In this document: positions 37,611-47,940 of the stretch, piece by piece
Layout: every line of letters starts with the position of its first letter
Position numbering within the stretch: position 1 is the first letter of the stretch
NCBI GenBank assembly: GCA_037439485.1
Contig: JBBIVY010000004.1
Coordinates: 93-64,092 of the forward strand
Length of the DNA: 64,000 nucleotides
Direction of reading: 5' to 3'
Source: Planctomycetota bacterium
GTDB lineage: Bacteria > Planctomycetota > DG-23 > DATKVD01
Notes under the pieces: model-generated
What the model was told of the DNA's origin: nothing
The model's database searches: none
Seen by the model: only the letters and a program-made list of their open reading frames with translations
Program-made: the position numbers and the translations under genes

Positions 37611-37765
37611 GGGTTCATGACGACGGCGATTGTCGGCGGCACGTGCAGCGCTCTCGTGGGCCGCTCGGCTTGAAGACGTTGTTGATAGACGATCCGGCTC
37701 TCGGCGAAGGCCGTCGGGCCGGGGTCGCTCGCGGCCGCGGCATCTGAACTGAAAGGAGACCTGCC

Positions 37766-40744
37766 ATGCGATTCGGGACAAGGGCGCTGACGGGAGTGGT
37801 CCTGGGGTTCGCGATTGGCGTTCTCTCATGCGCCGCCGCGGGAGGGGCGCCCGGCGATGCCGCGACGGCGAAGCAACTGCTGGCTCTTTCGGGGGTCCGC
37901 GTCGGCCTGTGCATTCAGCTCGGCAGCGGCCGCGAGACCTCCGACGCCCTGGCGGCCGAACTTGCGGCCCAGAGCGACCTGGCGGTCGAGGGCCTGGCGC
38001 TCGACGACGCCGCTCTGGCGCGCGCGCGAAGGGCCGTGGAGTTGAAGACGATGTCCGGGCGGGTGACGATCGGGAAATACGCGATCGACCCGCTGCCCTA
38101 TCTCAACGATCTGGCGGACTTGGTCGTCGTCGAGGACCCGGGGACGCTGAAGGAACGGGGCCTGCGCGTCGAGGAGATCATGCGGGTGCTGGCGCCGGGG
38201 GGGGTGCTCTGCGTGACGAAGGACGGCGCATGGACGAAGGCCGTGAAGCCTCGGCCGGCGGGGATGGATGAGTGGACCCATCCCAACCACGGACCCGATC
38301 GCAACATGGTGAGTGAAGACAAGCTGGTCGGTTTTCCTATGGGATTGCGCTGGATCAACGGAGTGCCGACGACCGTGAGCGGCAAGAGTCGCGCGTACGT
38401 CACGGCCGGGGGACGGATCTTCATTCTCACGCACAACGTCCTCGAGAACGTCGGCGACGACAAGCGATTGAAACCGCAGTACCTCGTCGCCTACAGCGCG
38501 TGGAACGGTCTGCCCCTGTGGAAGATCTGCTGCGAGACTCCCAACGAAGGAGGCTACACGTTCTGGAACAACACCGGCGCGCTGGTGACCGACGGCCGAC
38601 GCGTCTACACCGCCAGGGCTGACGGGATGGTCGGCCTGGACGCCGTGACCGGCAAGGAGACGATCTCTTTCGCGACGGAGTATCCCGTCGTGCAACTGGT
38701 CCTTCTGGACGGCGTGCTGGTGACGACGTGCTGGCAGTCTCGCGTGTCGTCCAGGGCGCCGGGGGATTACATCGGCGGCTATTCGACGTGGACCGCGAGA
38801 GGCGACGTGGGCTCGGTCGAGGCCTATGACGCTGCCCGCGGAACGCTCAAGTGGAAACTGGAGCATCCGGCGCAGCAGCTCATCGCCGCGGACGGCGTCG
38901 TCTACCTTCTGGCGCAGAAGGGCAATCCCCCGACGGAGCGTTCGGTCGTGGCGCTGGATCTGGCGACGGGCAAGGAACGCTGGCGCGTTCCCCACGCGCG
39001 CTTCGGGGGAGTTCCGGATTTGCAGTTGAACACGGCGGGCAAGGGGTACGTGGTGGTCGCCAAGCGCGGGGACCTGCGGGGCCTGGGCGCGCCCATCAAA
39101 CCCGCGGGGGAGGAACCGCGACCGCACGCGGTTTACGTGCTCTCGGCCGACGACGGCAGAACGCTGTGGCAGGTTCCCTCCCTCAGCGATTCGACGCCCG
39201 GCACGTGGACGCCGGTGGTGAACGGCGAGCTCTGGTGCGACATGAGGAAATTCGATCCGCTGACGGGCCGACAGACCGGCGTCATCGACGGCGGGGTCCT
39301 CGATCAGTTCTGCACGCCCCGGACGGTCGTCAACAACATGCTGGTGAACTCGCGCGGGGGAGAGTTCCTCCGGATGTCGGATGGATACTCGCCGCTGAAG
39401 GAGTTCCAGTATCTCGGGGCGCGCGGGGCGTGCATCGAGGGGATGGTGCCGGCCAACGGCATGTTCTACTCCGCGCAGAGCAACTGCTCGTGTTTCCCGG
39501 GACAGGTCCCCGGCTTCCTCGCCGTCGGGCCTTGCGGCGAGGTCCCGAAGGTCGAGGATTTCGAGCGCGTGCGCCCGCTGGAGAAGGGTCCGGCCTTCGG
39601 CGCCGAGACCGCGGCCGACGAAGCGGACGACAAGGCCTGGCCGACGTATCGCGGCGATGCCGAGCGCCGGGCTTCAACGAAGTCCCCTCTGAGCGATACG
39701 CTGCGTGAACTCTGGCGCGTTCCCGTGGCGCGCGCGGAGAGCGGACTCCTGGCCGACGCGTGGCGGACGCGGCTCGGGCCCTCCGTGAGCGCGCCCGTCA
39801 GCGCGGGGGGACGGGTCTTCGTAGCCGTGACCGATGCCGGACAGATCGTCTCGCTCGATGCGTTCACCGGCAAGACCGCGTGGACGGCGTCCCTGGGCGG
39901 ACGCGTCGATACGCCACCCACGATCTACCGGGGACTGTGTCTTGTGGGCTCGCACGACGGCTGGGTCTACGCCCTGCGCGCCCGCGACGGCGAACTCGCC
40001 TGGCGCACCCGGGCGGCGCCATGGGAACGGCGCATGGTCGCGTACGGACAGGTGGAAAGCGTGTGGCCGACAGTGGGGTCGGTTCTTGTCCATGACGGCA
40101 TGGCCTTCGCGAACGCCGGACGCACTTCGGAATCGGACGGAGGCGTCGGCATCCTGGCGCTCAATCCCGAGACGGGCCGGCAGCTCTGGGGCGCGTGCAT
40201 GGCTCCGGGACCGCAGTTGATGAACGATCTGTTGTCCGTTCGCAACGGAAAGATCGCGTGGTGGCAGGCGCGGCTGGCCCCGAAGACCGGCGGAGCCCGG
40301 GGCACGGCAACGCCGCCGAAGGGGATTTCGCAGACCGGCATGCTCGACGGCGCATGGACGGAGTACCCGTCCCGCCGCTCCGGCAAAGGCTTCTTCGCGG
40401 GCACGACGGTGGCGAGCCTCCTGGCGTGGAACGACGAACAGATATTCAGTCCCGTCGCCGTCGTCAGGCGCGGAAACGGAGAAACAGTGTGGGAGCCGAA
40501 GTTCCCCCGCACGCATCAGGTGGAAGCCATGGCGCTGGCATCGAACGCCGTCGTCTTCGCGGGTCGGGTGAAGGCCGCCGACGGCGCGTCCACGGGGTTC
40601 CTGACCGTCTTGTCCGCGTCGGACGGCAAGACGCTTCAAGAGATGGCGCTCCCCGCGCTTCCGGCGTTCGACGGCCTGGCCATCGCCTGCGACCGGCTCT
40701 ATGTGTCGCTGCGGGACGGAAGCCTGTTGTGCCTGGGGAAGTAG
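37766..40744 (+). CDS. large exported PQQ-like beta-propeller repeat protein with an N-terminal methyltransferase-fold-like region
   Basis: Signal peptide. N-terminal LCIQLGSG...DLVVVED...VLAPGGVLCV. Repeated G..(V/I)(Y/F).....DG.(L/V).ALDA.TG...W propeller blades. AAAGGAG Shine-Dalgarno. Confidence 0.8.
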   Translation: MRFGTRALTGVVLGFAIGVLSCAAAGGAPGDAATAKQLLALSGVRVGLCIQLGSGRETSDALAAELAAQSDLAVEGLALDDAALARARRAVELKTMSGRVTIGKYAIDPLPYLNDLADLVVVEDPGTLKERGLRVEEIMRVLAPGGVLCVTKDGAWTKAVKPRPAGMDEWTHPNHGPDRNMVSEDKLVGFPMGLRWINGVPTTVSGKSRAYVTAGGRIFILTHNVLENVGDDKRLKPQYLVAYSAWNGLPLWKICCETPNEGGYTFWNNTGALVTDGRRVYTARADGMVGLDAVTGKETISFATEYPVVQLVLLDGVLVTTCWQSRVSSRAPGDYIGGYSTWTARGDVGSVEAYDAARGTLKWKLEHPAQQLIAADGVVYLLAQKGNPPTERSVVALDLATGKERWRVPHARFGGVPDLQLNTAGKGYVVVAKRGDLRGLGAPIKPAGEEPRPHAVYVLSADDGRTLWQVPSLSDSTPGTWTPVVNGELWCDMRKFDPLTGRQTGVIDGGVLDQFCTPRTVVNNMLVNSRGGEFLRMSDGYSPLKEFQYLGARGACIEGMVPANGMFYSAQSNCSCFPGQVPGFLAVGPCGEVPKVEDFERVRPLEKGPAFGAETAADEADDKAWPTYRGDAERRASTKSPLSDTLRELWRVPVARAESGLLADAWRTRLGPSVSAPVSAGGRVFVAVTDAGQIVSLDAFTGKTAWTASLGGRVDTPPTIYRGLCLVGSHDGWVYALRARDGELAWRTRAAPWERRMVAYGQVESVWPTVGSVLVHDGMAFANAGRTSESDGGVGILALNPETGRQLWGACMAPGPQLMNDLLSVRNGKIAWWQARLAPKTGGARGTATPPKGISQTGMLDGAWTEYPSRRSGKGFFAGTTVASLLAWNDEQIFSPVAVVRRGNGETVWEPKFPRTHQVEAMALASNAVVFAGRVKAADGASTGFLTVLSASDGKTLQEMALPALPAFDGLAIACDRLYVSLRDGSLLCLGK

Positions 40745-40807
40745 GATGAGGGTGAAGGCAGTCATCTCGCATGTCGGCGCACTACGGGAAAGGGCGGGAG
40801 TTCGACC

Positions 40808-43459
40808 ATGATGACGCACAATGAGCTTCGCGAGGCGTTCCTGTCGTTCTACGAGAAGAAGGGCCACGTGAGGAAGCCGAGCGACTCGCTCGTGCCGACG
40901 AACGACCCGACGCTCTTGTTCACGGGCGCGGGGATGAACCAGTTCAAGGACAACTTCCTCGGCCGCGCCGACAAGTCGCTCAAGCGCGCGACGACCAGCC
41001 AGAAGTGCCTGCGCACCGGCGACATCGAAAACGTCGGCCGGACGTCGTCGCATCAGACCTTCTTCGAGATGCTCGGCAACTTCTCGTTCGGCGACTACTT
41101 CAAGCGCGAGGCCATCCCCTGGGCGTGGGAACTCATCACGAAGTCCTTCAAGGTCGACCCGAAGCGCCTGCGCGTCTCCGTCTACGAGGAGGACCAGGAG
41201 GCGTACGACCTCTGGGCGAAGGAGGTCAAGGTCCGCGCCGACTGGATCTACCGCTTCGACGCGAAGGAGAACTTCTGGCCGTCCAACGCCCCGAAGGTCG
41301 GCCCCAACGGCCCGTGCGGCCCGTGCAGCGAGATCTTCATCGACCGCGGCGCCGAGCACGGCTGCGGCAAGCCCGAGTGCAGCCCGGCCTGCTCCTGCGG
41401 CCGCTACGTCGAGTTCTATAACCTCGTCTTCACCCAGTTCGACCGCCAGTCCGACGGCACCCTCCAGCCGCTGCCGCAGAAGAACATCGACACCGGCATG
41501 GGTTTCGAGCGGATGCTCGCGATTTTGCAGGGGAAACCCAATAACTTCGAGACCGACCTCTTCATGCCGATGATCGAGCGCATCGAGGAACTCTCCGGCC
41601 GAAAATATGCGACCTCCACCGACGACGGCCGCCGGATGCGCCGCATCGCCGACCACGCCCGGGCCATCGCGTTCTGCATCGCCGACGGGGTGCTGCCCTC
41701 GAACGAGGGCCGCGGCTATGTCGAGAAGCGTCTCCTGCGCATCGCGACCATCGACGGCCGCGCGCTCGGCATCCACGAGGCCTTCCTGCACCAGCTCGTG
41801 CCGGTCGCCGCGGCGATCATGGAGAAGCCCTATCCCGAAGTGAACGAACGGCGCGAGACCATCGCGCGCATCGTGAAGGGCGAAGAGGAGAAGTTCGCCG
41901 ACACGCTGGCCTCGGGCGAGAAGCTCCTCGCCGAGCTGGAGAAGGAATACGCCGCGTCGGGCGCGAAGCGCATCCCCGGCCGCGAGCTGTTCCGGCTCTT
42001 CGACACCTACGGCATCCCGGCCGAGGTCGCGGCGACGCGGCTGAAGGTGACGCCGGAAACCGAGGCCGAGTTCGAATCCGAGATGGAGAAGCAGCGCCAA
42101 CTCGCCCGCAGCGGCAGTTCCATGACCGGCGACATCTTCGTCTCGGGCGCCATGGGCACCCTCAAGGAGAAGATCAGCGCCACGGAGTTCCTCGGCTACA
42201 AGGCCGATTCCGCGAAGGCCCGCGTTCGCGCCATCATCAAGGGCAACGCCCTCGTCGACGTCGCCGTCCCCGCCGACGGGGAAGTGACCGTCGTCCTCGA
42301 CCGCTCGCCTTTCTATCCCGAAATGGGCGGCCAGGTCGGCGACATCGGCCGCATCCAGACGGCCGAGGCCGAGTTTGCCGTCTCCGATACGAAGAATGCC
42401 GCCCCGCACATCCTCCACCTCGGCCGCGTCACGAAGGGCGCGCTCCTTCCGGGCGACGAAGTCACCGCAACGGTCGACGCCGAGCGCCGCGAGGACGTCA
42501 AGCGCAACCACTCCGCCACGCACCTCCTTCACGCCGCGCTGAGGGAGCGGCTGGGCGAGCACGCCGAGCAGTCGGGCTCGCTCGTCGCGCCGGACTACCT
42601 GCGATTCGACTTCCATCACTTCGAGGCCCCCACGAAGATGGACCTGGAGGCCGTCGAGCGCCGGGTCAATGAGAAGATCATGGCCAACATCGACGTCCAC
42701 ACCGAGGAGATGTCCATCGACGAGGCCCGCAAGACCGGCGCCAAGGCGCTCTTCGGCGAGAAATACGGCGAGCGGGTGCGGGTGGTGAAGGCGGGGGACT
42801 TCTCGCTGGAGCTTTGTGGCGGCATTCACTGCGAGCGCACGGGGAACATCGGGCAGTTCAAGATTGTCGGCGAGGAGTCGGTTGCCGCCGGCATCCGGCG
42901 CATCACCGCGGTGACGGGGAAGTACGCCCTTGATTACTGGAAGGCGACGGAAGATCGGCTGAAGAGCGTCGCCGAGGAGCTGAAGGCGCCCGTCTCGGAC
43001 GTCGTCCGCCGGGCCCAGACGCTGACGAAGGAGCTGAAGGAACTGCGCCGCCAGCTCGAAAAGTCCCGTGGCGGCGAACGCTCGACCCAGCTCCAGGACC
43101 TGCTCAAGTCGGCCCCGTCGGCCGGAGGGGTCAAGCTGGTCGTCGCGGCGCTCGAAGGGGTCAGCGCCGAGGAACTCCGTTCAGCCGTGGACATTATTAA
43201 GAAATCCAATGAAGAGGCCGCTGCGGTGCTGGCGTCGGTGTCGGGGGATAAGGTCTCCCTGATTGCCTACGCCGGGAAGAAGGCGCAGGGATCGGGGGTG
43301 GATGCCGGGAAGCTTATCCGGGAGGTCGCAGGGGTGGTTGGCGGCGGCGGCGGTGGGCGGCCCGAGATGGCCCAGGCGGGCGGGACGGATGTATCTAAGG
43401 TCAATGATGCCTTGGACTTAGGGCTAAAATTGCTCCGGGAGAAGCTGGGGACGAGCTGA
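40808..43459 (+). CDS. alaS: alanine--tRNA ligase
   Basis: FTGAGMNQFK, SHHTFFEMLGNFSFGDYFK-like region, HSATHLLH editing motif, C-terminal DHHA1-like tail (GGGGGGRPEMAQAGG). Confidence 0.97.
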   Translation: MMTHNELREAFLSFYEKKGHVRKPSDSLVPTNDPTLLFTGAGMNQFKDNFLGRADKSLKRATTSQKCLRTGDIENVGRTSSHQTFFEMLGNFSFGDYFKREAIPWAWELITKSFKVDPKRLRVSVYEEDQEAYDLWAKEVKVRADWIYRFDAKENFWPSNAPKVGPNGPCGPCSEIFIDRGAEHGCGKPECSPACSCGRYVEFYNLVFTQFDRQSDGTLQPLPQKNIDTGMGFERMLAILQGKPNNFETDLFMPMIERIEELSGRKYATSTDDGRRMRRIADHARAIAFCIADGVLPSNEGRGYVEKRLLRIATIDGRALGIHEAFLHQLVPVAAAIMEKPYPEVNERRETIARIVKGEEEKFADTLASGEKLLAELEKEYAASGAKRIPGRELFRLFDTYGIPAEVAATRLKVTPETEAEFESEMEKQRQLARSGSSMTGDIFVSGAMGTLKEKISATEFLGYKADSAKARVRAIIKGNALVDVAVPADGEVTVVLDRSPFYPEMGGQVGDIGRIQTAEAEFAVSDTKNAAPHILHLGRVTKGALLPGDEVTATVDAERREDVKRNHSATHLLHAALRERLGEHAEQSGSLVAPDYLRFDFHHFEAPTKMDLEAVERRVNEKIMANIDVHTEEMSIDEARKTGAKALFGEKYGERVRVVKAGDFSLELCGGIHCERTGNIGQFKIVGEESVAAGIRRITAVTGKYALDYWKATEDRLKSVAEELKAPVSDVVRRAQTLTKELKELRRQLEKSRGGERSTQLQDLLKSAPSAGGVKLVVAALEGVSAEELRSAVDIIKKSNEEAAAVLASVSGDKVSLIAYAGKKAQGSGVDAGKLIREVAGVVGGGGGGRPEMAQAGGTDVSKVNDALDLGLKLLREKLGTS

Positions 43460-43506
43460 AAGCCTCGTGAGAGGGCCCTGGAACGCTTGAGCCTTGAGTT
43501 TTTCCC

Positions 43507-43535
43507 TTGACAGAAGGCGCTCTGGACCGTATCTT
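43507..43535 (+). promoter_or_regulatory. sigma70-like promoter for the rpmF-plsX-fab operon: TTGACA-N17-TATCTT
   Basis: Hexamers at 43507-43512 and 43530-43535, about 125 nt upstream of rpmF. Confidence 0.45.
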
Positions 43536-43662
43536 TTCACCCCTTGTCCTGTGGGGGTAAGGTGCCCGCCGGGGTCTTCCGGCACCGTTTTTCTGCACGG
43601 GTGCCCGAGGAAGGTCCAAGGCGGGTCTGTTTTTGGCTTAACACTAGAGGCGACAGAGACTT

Positions 43663-43845
43663 ATGGCACTTCCGAAACGCAGGCATTCGGTCACGCGCGG
43701 GCGTCTTCGCCGCACCCACTGGAAGCTTCCGAAGGTGGGTCTCGCGGAATGTCCCCAGTGCAAGCAGGCGAAGCTGCCTCATCGCGTCTGCGGCAATTGC
43801 GGGTACTACAAAGGCCGGACGGCCGAGGTCAAAGAGGAAGCCTGA
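43663..43845 (+). CDS. rpmF: 50S ribosomal protein L32
   Basis: [10 protein letters not shown]...RRTHWKL, CPQC...[10 protein letters not shown] zinc ribbon. Confidence 0.93.
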   Translation: MALPKRRHSVTRGRLRRTHWKLPKVGLAECPQCKQAKLPHRVCGNCGYYKGRTAEVKEEA

Positions 43846-43848
43846 CAG

Positions 43849-44829
43849 ATGCGCATCGCGGTGGACGCAATGGGTGGGGACTTCGCCCCCCGTGAGGTCG
43901 TCGCAGGCACGGTGAAAGCGGCCCGGGAGTACTCCGACACGGAGTTCCTCCTTGTCGGGGTGGAGGCCGTCGTTCGTGAGGAGATGGCCAAGTCCGGGGA
44001 GGCTCCGGTCAACATATCGGTGGTCCATGCGCCCGACGTGGTGGGGATGGGCGAGGCGCCGACCGAGGCATTGAAATCCAAGAAGAACTCCTCGATCACC
44101 GTCAGCACGAAGATGGTGGCCGAGGGCCGGGCCGAGGCGATCTTCTCGGCCGGCAACACGGGTGCCCAGGTGGCCTGCGCAACGGTGCTGCTGGGCCCCA
44201 TCAAGAGCATCAAACGTCCGGGCATCGCGATCGTCGTTCCGACGCACAAGGGCCCGGTGGTCCTTATCGACGTCGGGGCCAACATTCATTGCCAGCCGCT
44301 GCACCTCCTTCAGTACGGCATCATGGCGTCGTTTTTCAGCCAGGCGATTGTCGGGGTGAAGAGCCCGCGGGTGGGCATCCTGAACATCGGCAGCGAGGAT
44401 GAGAAGGGCAACCCGCTGGTGCGCGAGTCGCGGCAGCTCCTGGAGGCGCAGCAGGGCTTGAACTTCATCGGCAACGTCGAGGGGCGCGACATCTTCAAGG
44501 GCGCCTGCGACGTCGTCGTCTGCGAAGGGTTCGTGGGCAACGTCATCCTCAAGGTGGTCGAGGGGCTGGGCTCCAGCCTCCTCGCCGACGTTCAGGCCGC
44601 GCTCATCTCGGCCAGCCCCGACCGCGCGGAGGAGAACAAGAGGGTCCTCAAGGACCTGATGGGCCGCAACGATTACGCGGAGTATGGCGGCGCGCCGCTC
44701 CTGGGCGTGAACGGAATCAGCATCATCGGGCATGGCAGCTCAAACGCCCGGGCCGTCTTCAACGCGCTGCGCGTGGCCCGGGAATTCGGGGGACGTCGCA
44801 TCATCGAGCAGATCGCCCAGGCCGTCTGA
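43849..44829 (+). CDS. plsX: phosphate acyltransferase
   Basis: MRIAVDAMGGDFAP, SAGNTGA, GFVGNVILK, GAPLLGVNG. Confidence 0.95.
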   Translation: MRIAVDAMGGDFAPREVVAGTVKAAREYSDTEFLLVGVEAVVREEMAKSGEAPVNISVVHAPDVVGMGEAPTEALKSKKNSSITVSTKMVAEGRAEAIFSAGNTGAQVACATVLLGPIKSIKRPGIAIVVPTHKGPVVLIDVGANIHCQPLHLLQYGIMASFFSQAIVGVKSPRVGILNIGSEDEKGNPLVRESRQLLEAQQGLNFIGNVEGRDIFKGACDVVVCEGFVGNVILKVVEGLGSSLLADVQAALISASPDRAEENKRVLKDLMGRNDYAEYGGAPLLGVNGISIIGHGSSNARAVFNALRVAREFGGRRIIEQIAQAV

Positions 44830-44895
44830 CGCGTCCCGGAGTCCTCCGAGGCGCGGCGAGGGCGGAGTGCGGCGAGTCCCCCCAGGGAACACCCC

Positions 44896-45891
44896 ATGGC
44901 CTCGGATATTCGCGCCGTTATTGCCGGAACGGGCAGCTATGTTCCGGAGAAGGTCCTGACGAACGACGATTTCGCGCGCATGGTGGATACGACCGACGAG
45001 TGGATCACCACGCGCACGGGGATCAAGTCGCGGCACATCGCGGATAGCGGCCTCACGACGAGCGCGATGGCGGTCGAAGCCGGCCGCGCGGCGCTCGCCG
45101 ACGCGAAGGTCGCTCCCGCGGACGTCGACCTCGTCATCGTCGGCACGTTCACGGGCGACCGGCCGCTTCCGGCCACCGCCTGCCGCGTGCAGCACAAGCT
45201 CGGTCTTTCGAAAGCCGCCGCGTTCGACCTGTCCGCCGCGTGCAGCGGGTTCGTCTACTCGCTCTCGACGGCGTGGAGCTTCATCGCGAGCGGGCGATAC
45301 AAGACCGTGCTCGTCGTCGGCGCGGACCAGTTGAGCCGGTTCACGGACTACACCGACCGCACGTCGTGCATCCTCTTCGGCGACGGCGCGGGCGCGGTGG
45401 TGCTGAAGGCGGCGCCCGCGACGGAGATCAGCGGCCTCCTGAATTGCGAGCTGGGGGCCGACGGCTCCGGCTACGAGCTGATGACGGTCGAGGCGGGCGG
45501 CAGCGAGAACCCGGCCTCCGCCGAGACGGTTACGGCGCGCCGGCATTACATGATCATTCACGGCAAAGAGGTCTTCAAGTTCGCCGCGTCGAAGATGCAG
45601 GAGCTGGTGGGCAGCGCGGTGAAGTCGTGCGGACTGACGATCGCCGACATCAAGCTCGTCGTTCCGCACCAGGTGAACACGCGCATCCTCGACTTCGCGG
45701 CCGAAAAGCTCGGCTTGCCGAAGGAGAAGATGTTCGTGAACATCGACCGCATGGGCAACACCTCCGCCGCGAGCGTTCCCATGGCGCTCGATGAGGCCCG
45801 CCGCGCGGGGCTTATCCACAAGGGCGACGTCGTCGTCCTCGTGGCGTTCGGCGGCGGGTTGACCTGGGCGAGCATGGTGGTGAGGTGGTAA
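44896..45891 (+). CDS. fabH: beta-ketoacyl-ACP synthase III
   Basis: TSDEWI-like TTDEWITTRTGI, AACSGF active-site Cys, PHQVN, GNTSAAS. Confidence 0.95.
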   Translation: MASDIRAVIAGTGSYVPEKVLTNDDFARMVDTTDEWITTRTGIKSRHIADSGLTTSAMAVEAGRAALADAKVAPADVDLVIVGTFTGDRPLPATACRVQHKLGLSKAAAFDLSAACSGFVYSLSTAWSFIASGRYKTVLVVGADQLSRFTDYTDRTSCILFGDGAGAVVLKAAPATEISGLLNCELGADGSGYELMTVEAGGSENPASAETVTARRHYMIIHGKEVFKFAASKMQELVGSAVKSCGLTIADIKLVVPHQVNTRILDFAAEKLGLPKEKMFVNIDRMGNTSAASVPMALDEARRAGLIHKGDVVVLVAFGGGLTWASMVVRW

Positions 45892-46826
45892 TGGACAAGC
45901 CGGCGTTTCTCTTTCCGGGGCAGGGCGCGCAGGTGGTGGGGATGGGCAAGGATCTGTTCGACGCCTACCCCCGCGCCCGCGATGTTTTTCAGCGCGCCAA
46001 CGACCAGGTCGATTTCGACCTCGCCGACCTCTGCTTCAACGGCCCGGACGAGAAGCTCCAGATGACGCAGTATTCGCAGCCGTGCATCCTCGCGGCGAGT
46101 ATCGCGTTCCTCGAGGTCGTGAAGAACGAGACGCGCCTCGCCGCGGTGAAGCCGGTGGTGTGCGCGGGGCTCAGCCTCGGCGAATACACCGCGCTCGTTT
46201 ACGCAGGGTCGCTCCGGTTCGAGGACGCCGTCAAGCTCGTTTACCGCCGGGGCCGCGCGATGGCCGCCGCGGGAGAGAAGCACAAGGGCTCGATGCTCTC
46301 GGTCATCGGCCTGGGCGAGGCGCAGATCGCCGACATCGTCGCGAAGGCGTCCGCCAACGGTATCATCGCGGCGGCGAACTTCAACAGCCCCGAGCAGATC
46401 GTGCTCTCGGGCGAGCCGGCGGCGCTGGCCTCGGCCGATCTGCTGGCGAAGGAAGCGGGCGCCAAGATGACGGTGGAGCTGAAGGTGAGCGGGGCGTTCC
46501 ATTCGCCGCTGATGAAGCCCGCCGCCGACGAGCTGGCCGCGGCGCTCGCCGAGGTCGAGGTGGCGAAACCGCAGACGCCGGTGATCAGCAACGTGACGGC
46601 CGACTACGTGTCGCACCCGGACCAGGTGCGCGAGCTGTTGATCCGGCAGCTCACGAGCCCGGTGAAGTGGTGCCCGTCGATGCAGAAGCTGATGGCGGAC
46701 GGGGTGAACGCGTTCTACGAGATCGGCCCGGGCCGCGTGCTGGGCGGGCTCATGAAGCGTATCGACCGCAAGGCCGGCGTCACGAGCATCAACTCGGCCG
46801 ACGCGGTCAAGGCGCTGGGAGAATAG
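45891..46826 (+). CDS. fabD: malonyl-CoA:ACP transacylase
   Basis: FLFPGQGAQ, GLSLGEYTAL (active-site Ser), VSGAFHSPLM. ATG 45891 overlaps the fabH TAA (alternative GTG 45885). Confidence 0.95.
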   Translation: MDKPAFLFPGQGAQVVGMGKDLFDAYPRARDVFQRANDQVDFDLADLCFNGPDEKLQMTQYSQPCILAASIAFLEVVKNETRLAAVKPVVCAGLSLGEYTALVYAGSLRFEDAVKLVYRRGRAMAAAGEKHKGSMLSVIGLGEAQIADIVAKASANGIIAAANFNSPEQIVLSGEPAALASADLLAKEAGAKMTVELKVSGAFHSPLMKPAADELAAALAEVEVAKPQTPVISNVTADYVSHPDQVRELLIRQLTSPVKWCPSMQKLMADGVNAFYEIGPGRVLGGLMKRIDRKAGVTSINSADAVKALGE

Positions 46827-46835
46827 GGGGACCCG

Positions 46836-47585
46836 ATGGAACTGAGCCTGAAGGGAAAAGTGAGCCTCGTGACCGGCGGCGCGCGCGGCATCGGCAAGTC
46901 GATCGCCGAGGCGCTGGTCGCGGCGGGCTCGGACATCGTGCTCATCGACGTGCTCGAAGCCGACCTGAAGGCCTCCGAGGCCGAGATGGCGGCGAAGGGC
47001 GTGCGGGCGCTGGGTCTCAAGGCCGATGTCACCAGCTTCGAGAGCATCGAGAAGGCCGTCGACGAGATCGTCGAGAAGATGGGCAAGATCGACGTCCTCG
47101 TCAACAACGCCGGCATCACCCGCGACAACCTCCTCATCGGCATGTCGGACGAGGAGTGGGACAAGGTCATCGCGGTGAACCTGAAGGGCACGTTCAACAT
47201 GACGCGCGTGGTCGGCCGCCAGATGCTGCGCAAGCGTTCCGGCTCGATCGTCAACATCGCGTCGGTGAGCGGGCACATCGGCACGCCCGGCCAGGCGAAT
47301 TACGCCGCGTCGAAGGCGGGCGTGATGGCGCTCACGAAGACCTCGGCCCGCGAGTTCGCCAAGCGAGGCATCCGCGTCAACGCCGTCGCCCCGGGGTTCA
47401 TCGAGACCCCGATGACGGCGGTGCTTCCGGACGAAGTCAAGGCGAAGTACAAGGAGCAGACCCCGCTTCAGCGGTACGGCCAGCCGGCCGACGTGGCGGG
47501 GGCGGTCCTGTTCTTCGCTACCGATATATCGTCGTTCATTACCGGTCAGACCCTGAACGTGGACGGCGGCATGGTGATGATGTAG
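46836..47585 (+). CDS. fabG: 3-oxoacyl-ACP reductase
   Basis: TGGARGIG, NNAGIT, YAASKAG (SDR catalytic YxxxK). Confidence 0.95.
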   Translation: MELSLKGKVSLVTGGARGIGKSIAEALVAAGSDIVLIDVLEADLKASEAEMAAKGVRALGLKADVTSFESIEKAVDEIVEKMGKIDVLVNNAGITRDNLLIGMSDEEWDKVIAVNLKGTFNMTRVVGRQMLRKRSGSIVNIASVSGHIGTPGQANYAASKAGVMALTKTSAREFAKRGIRVNAVAPGFIETPMTAVLPDEVKAKYKEQTPLQRYGQPADVAGAVLFFATDISSFITGQTLNVDGGMVMM

Positions 47586-47620
47586 GATGGGGACTGTCCC
47601 GCTGTCCGGGACTGTCCCCT
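47582..47620. repeat. GTAG-headed element with two GGGACTGTCCC palindromes
   Basis: Sequence: GTAGgatgGGGACTGTCCCgctgtccGGGACTGTCCCC. The GTAG contains the fabG TAG stop (47583-47585). Confidence 0.7.
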
Positions 47621-47705
47621 CCTGCCGGACGGGGGTCGGAGATCCGGCGCTGTTCCGTCATGCTGTTGGGCCGCAAGAAAGTCACAAGAACAGGAGGCAC
47701 GGCAC

Positions 47706-47939
47706 GTGGCGTCCATCGAGGAACGCGTCAAGAAGATCGTCAGCGAGCAGCTTTCCATTCCGGAAGAGCAGATCACGGCCCAGAAGTCGTTCGAGGCGGA
47801 CCTCGGGGCCGACTCCATCGGCCTGGTCGAACTCATGATGCAGTTCGAGGACGAGTTCGACATGTCCATCCCGGACGAGGAAGCCGAGAAGATCAAGACC
47901 GTGGGCGATGCCATCAAGTACATCGAGGAGCACCAGTAA
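47706..47939 (+). CDS. acpP: acyl carrier protein
   Basis: GTG start with ACAGGAGG upstream. [19 protein letters not shown] (phosphopantetheine Ser motif). Confidence 0.93.
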   Translation: MASIEERVKKIVSEQLSIPEEQITAQKSFEADLGADSIGLVELMMQFEDEFDMSIPDEEAEKIKTVGDAIKYIEEHQ

Positions 47940-47940
47940 G

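Noticed and set aside
39674-42829. 1051-aa ORF on the minus strand spanning the PQQ-propeller and alaS region.
   Set aside because: Composition is dominated by R/A/G/D/L/V runs, typical of the antisense frame of high-GC genes. The plus strand encodes an unmistakable AlaRS and a propeller protein.
43536-43662. Two hairpin-plus-T-run motifs (GGTGCC..GGCACCgttttt and ..gggtctgttttt) in the rpmF leader, considered as an attenuator.
   Set aside because: The stems are short (about 6 bp, with a 14-nt loop) or not convincingly paired. I cannot distinguish them from chance without folding calculations.
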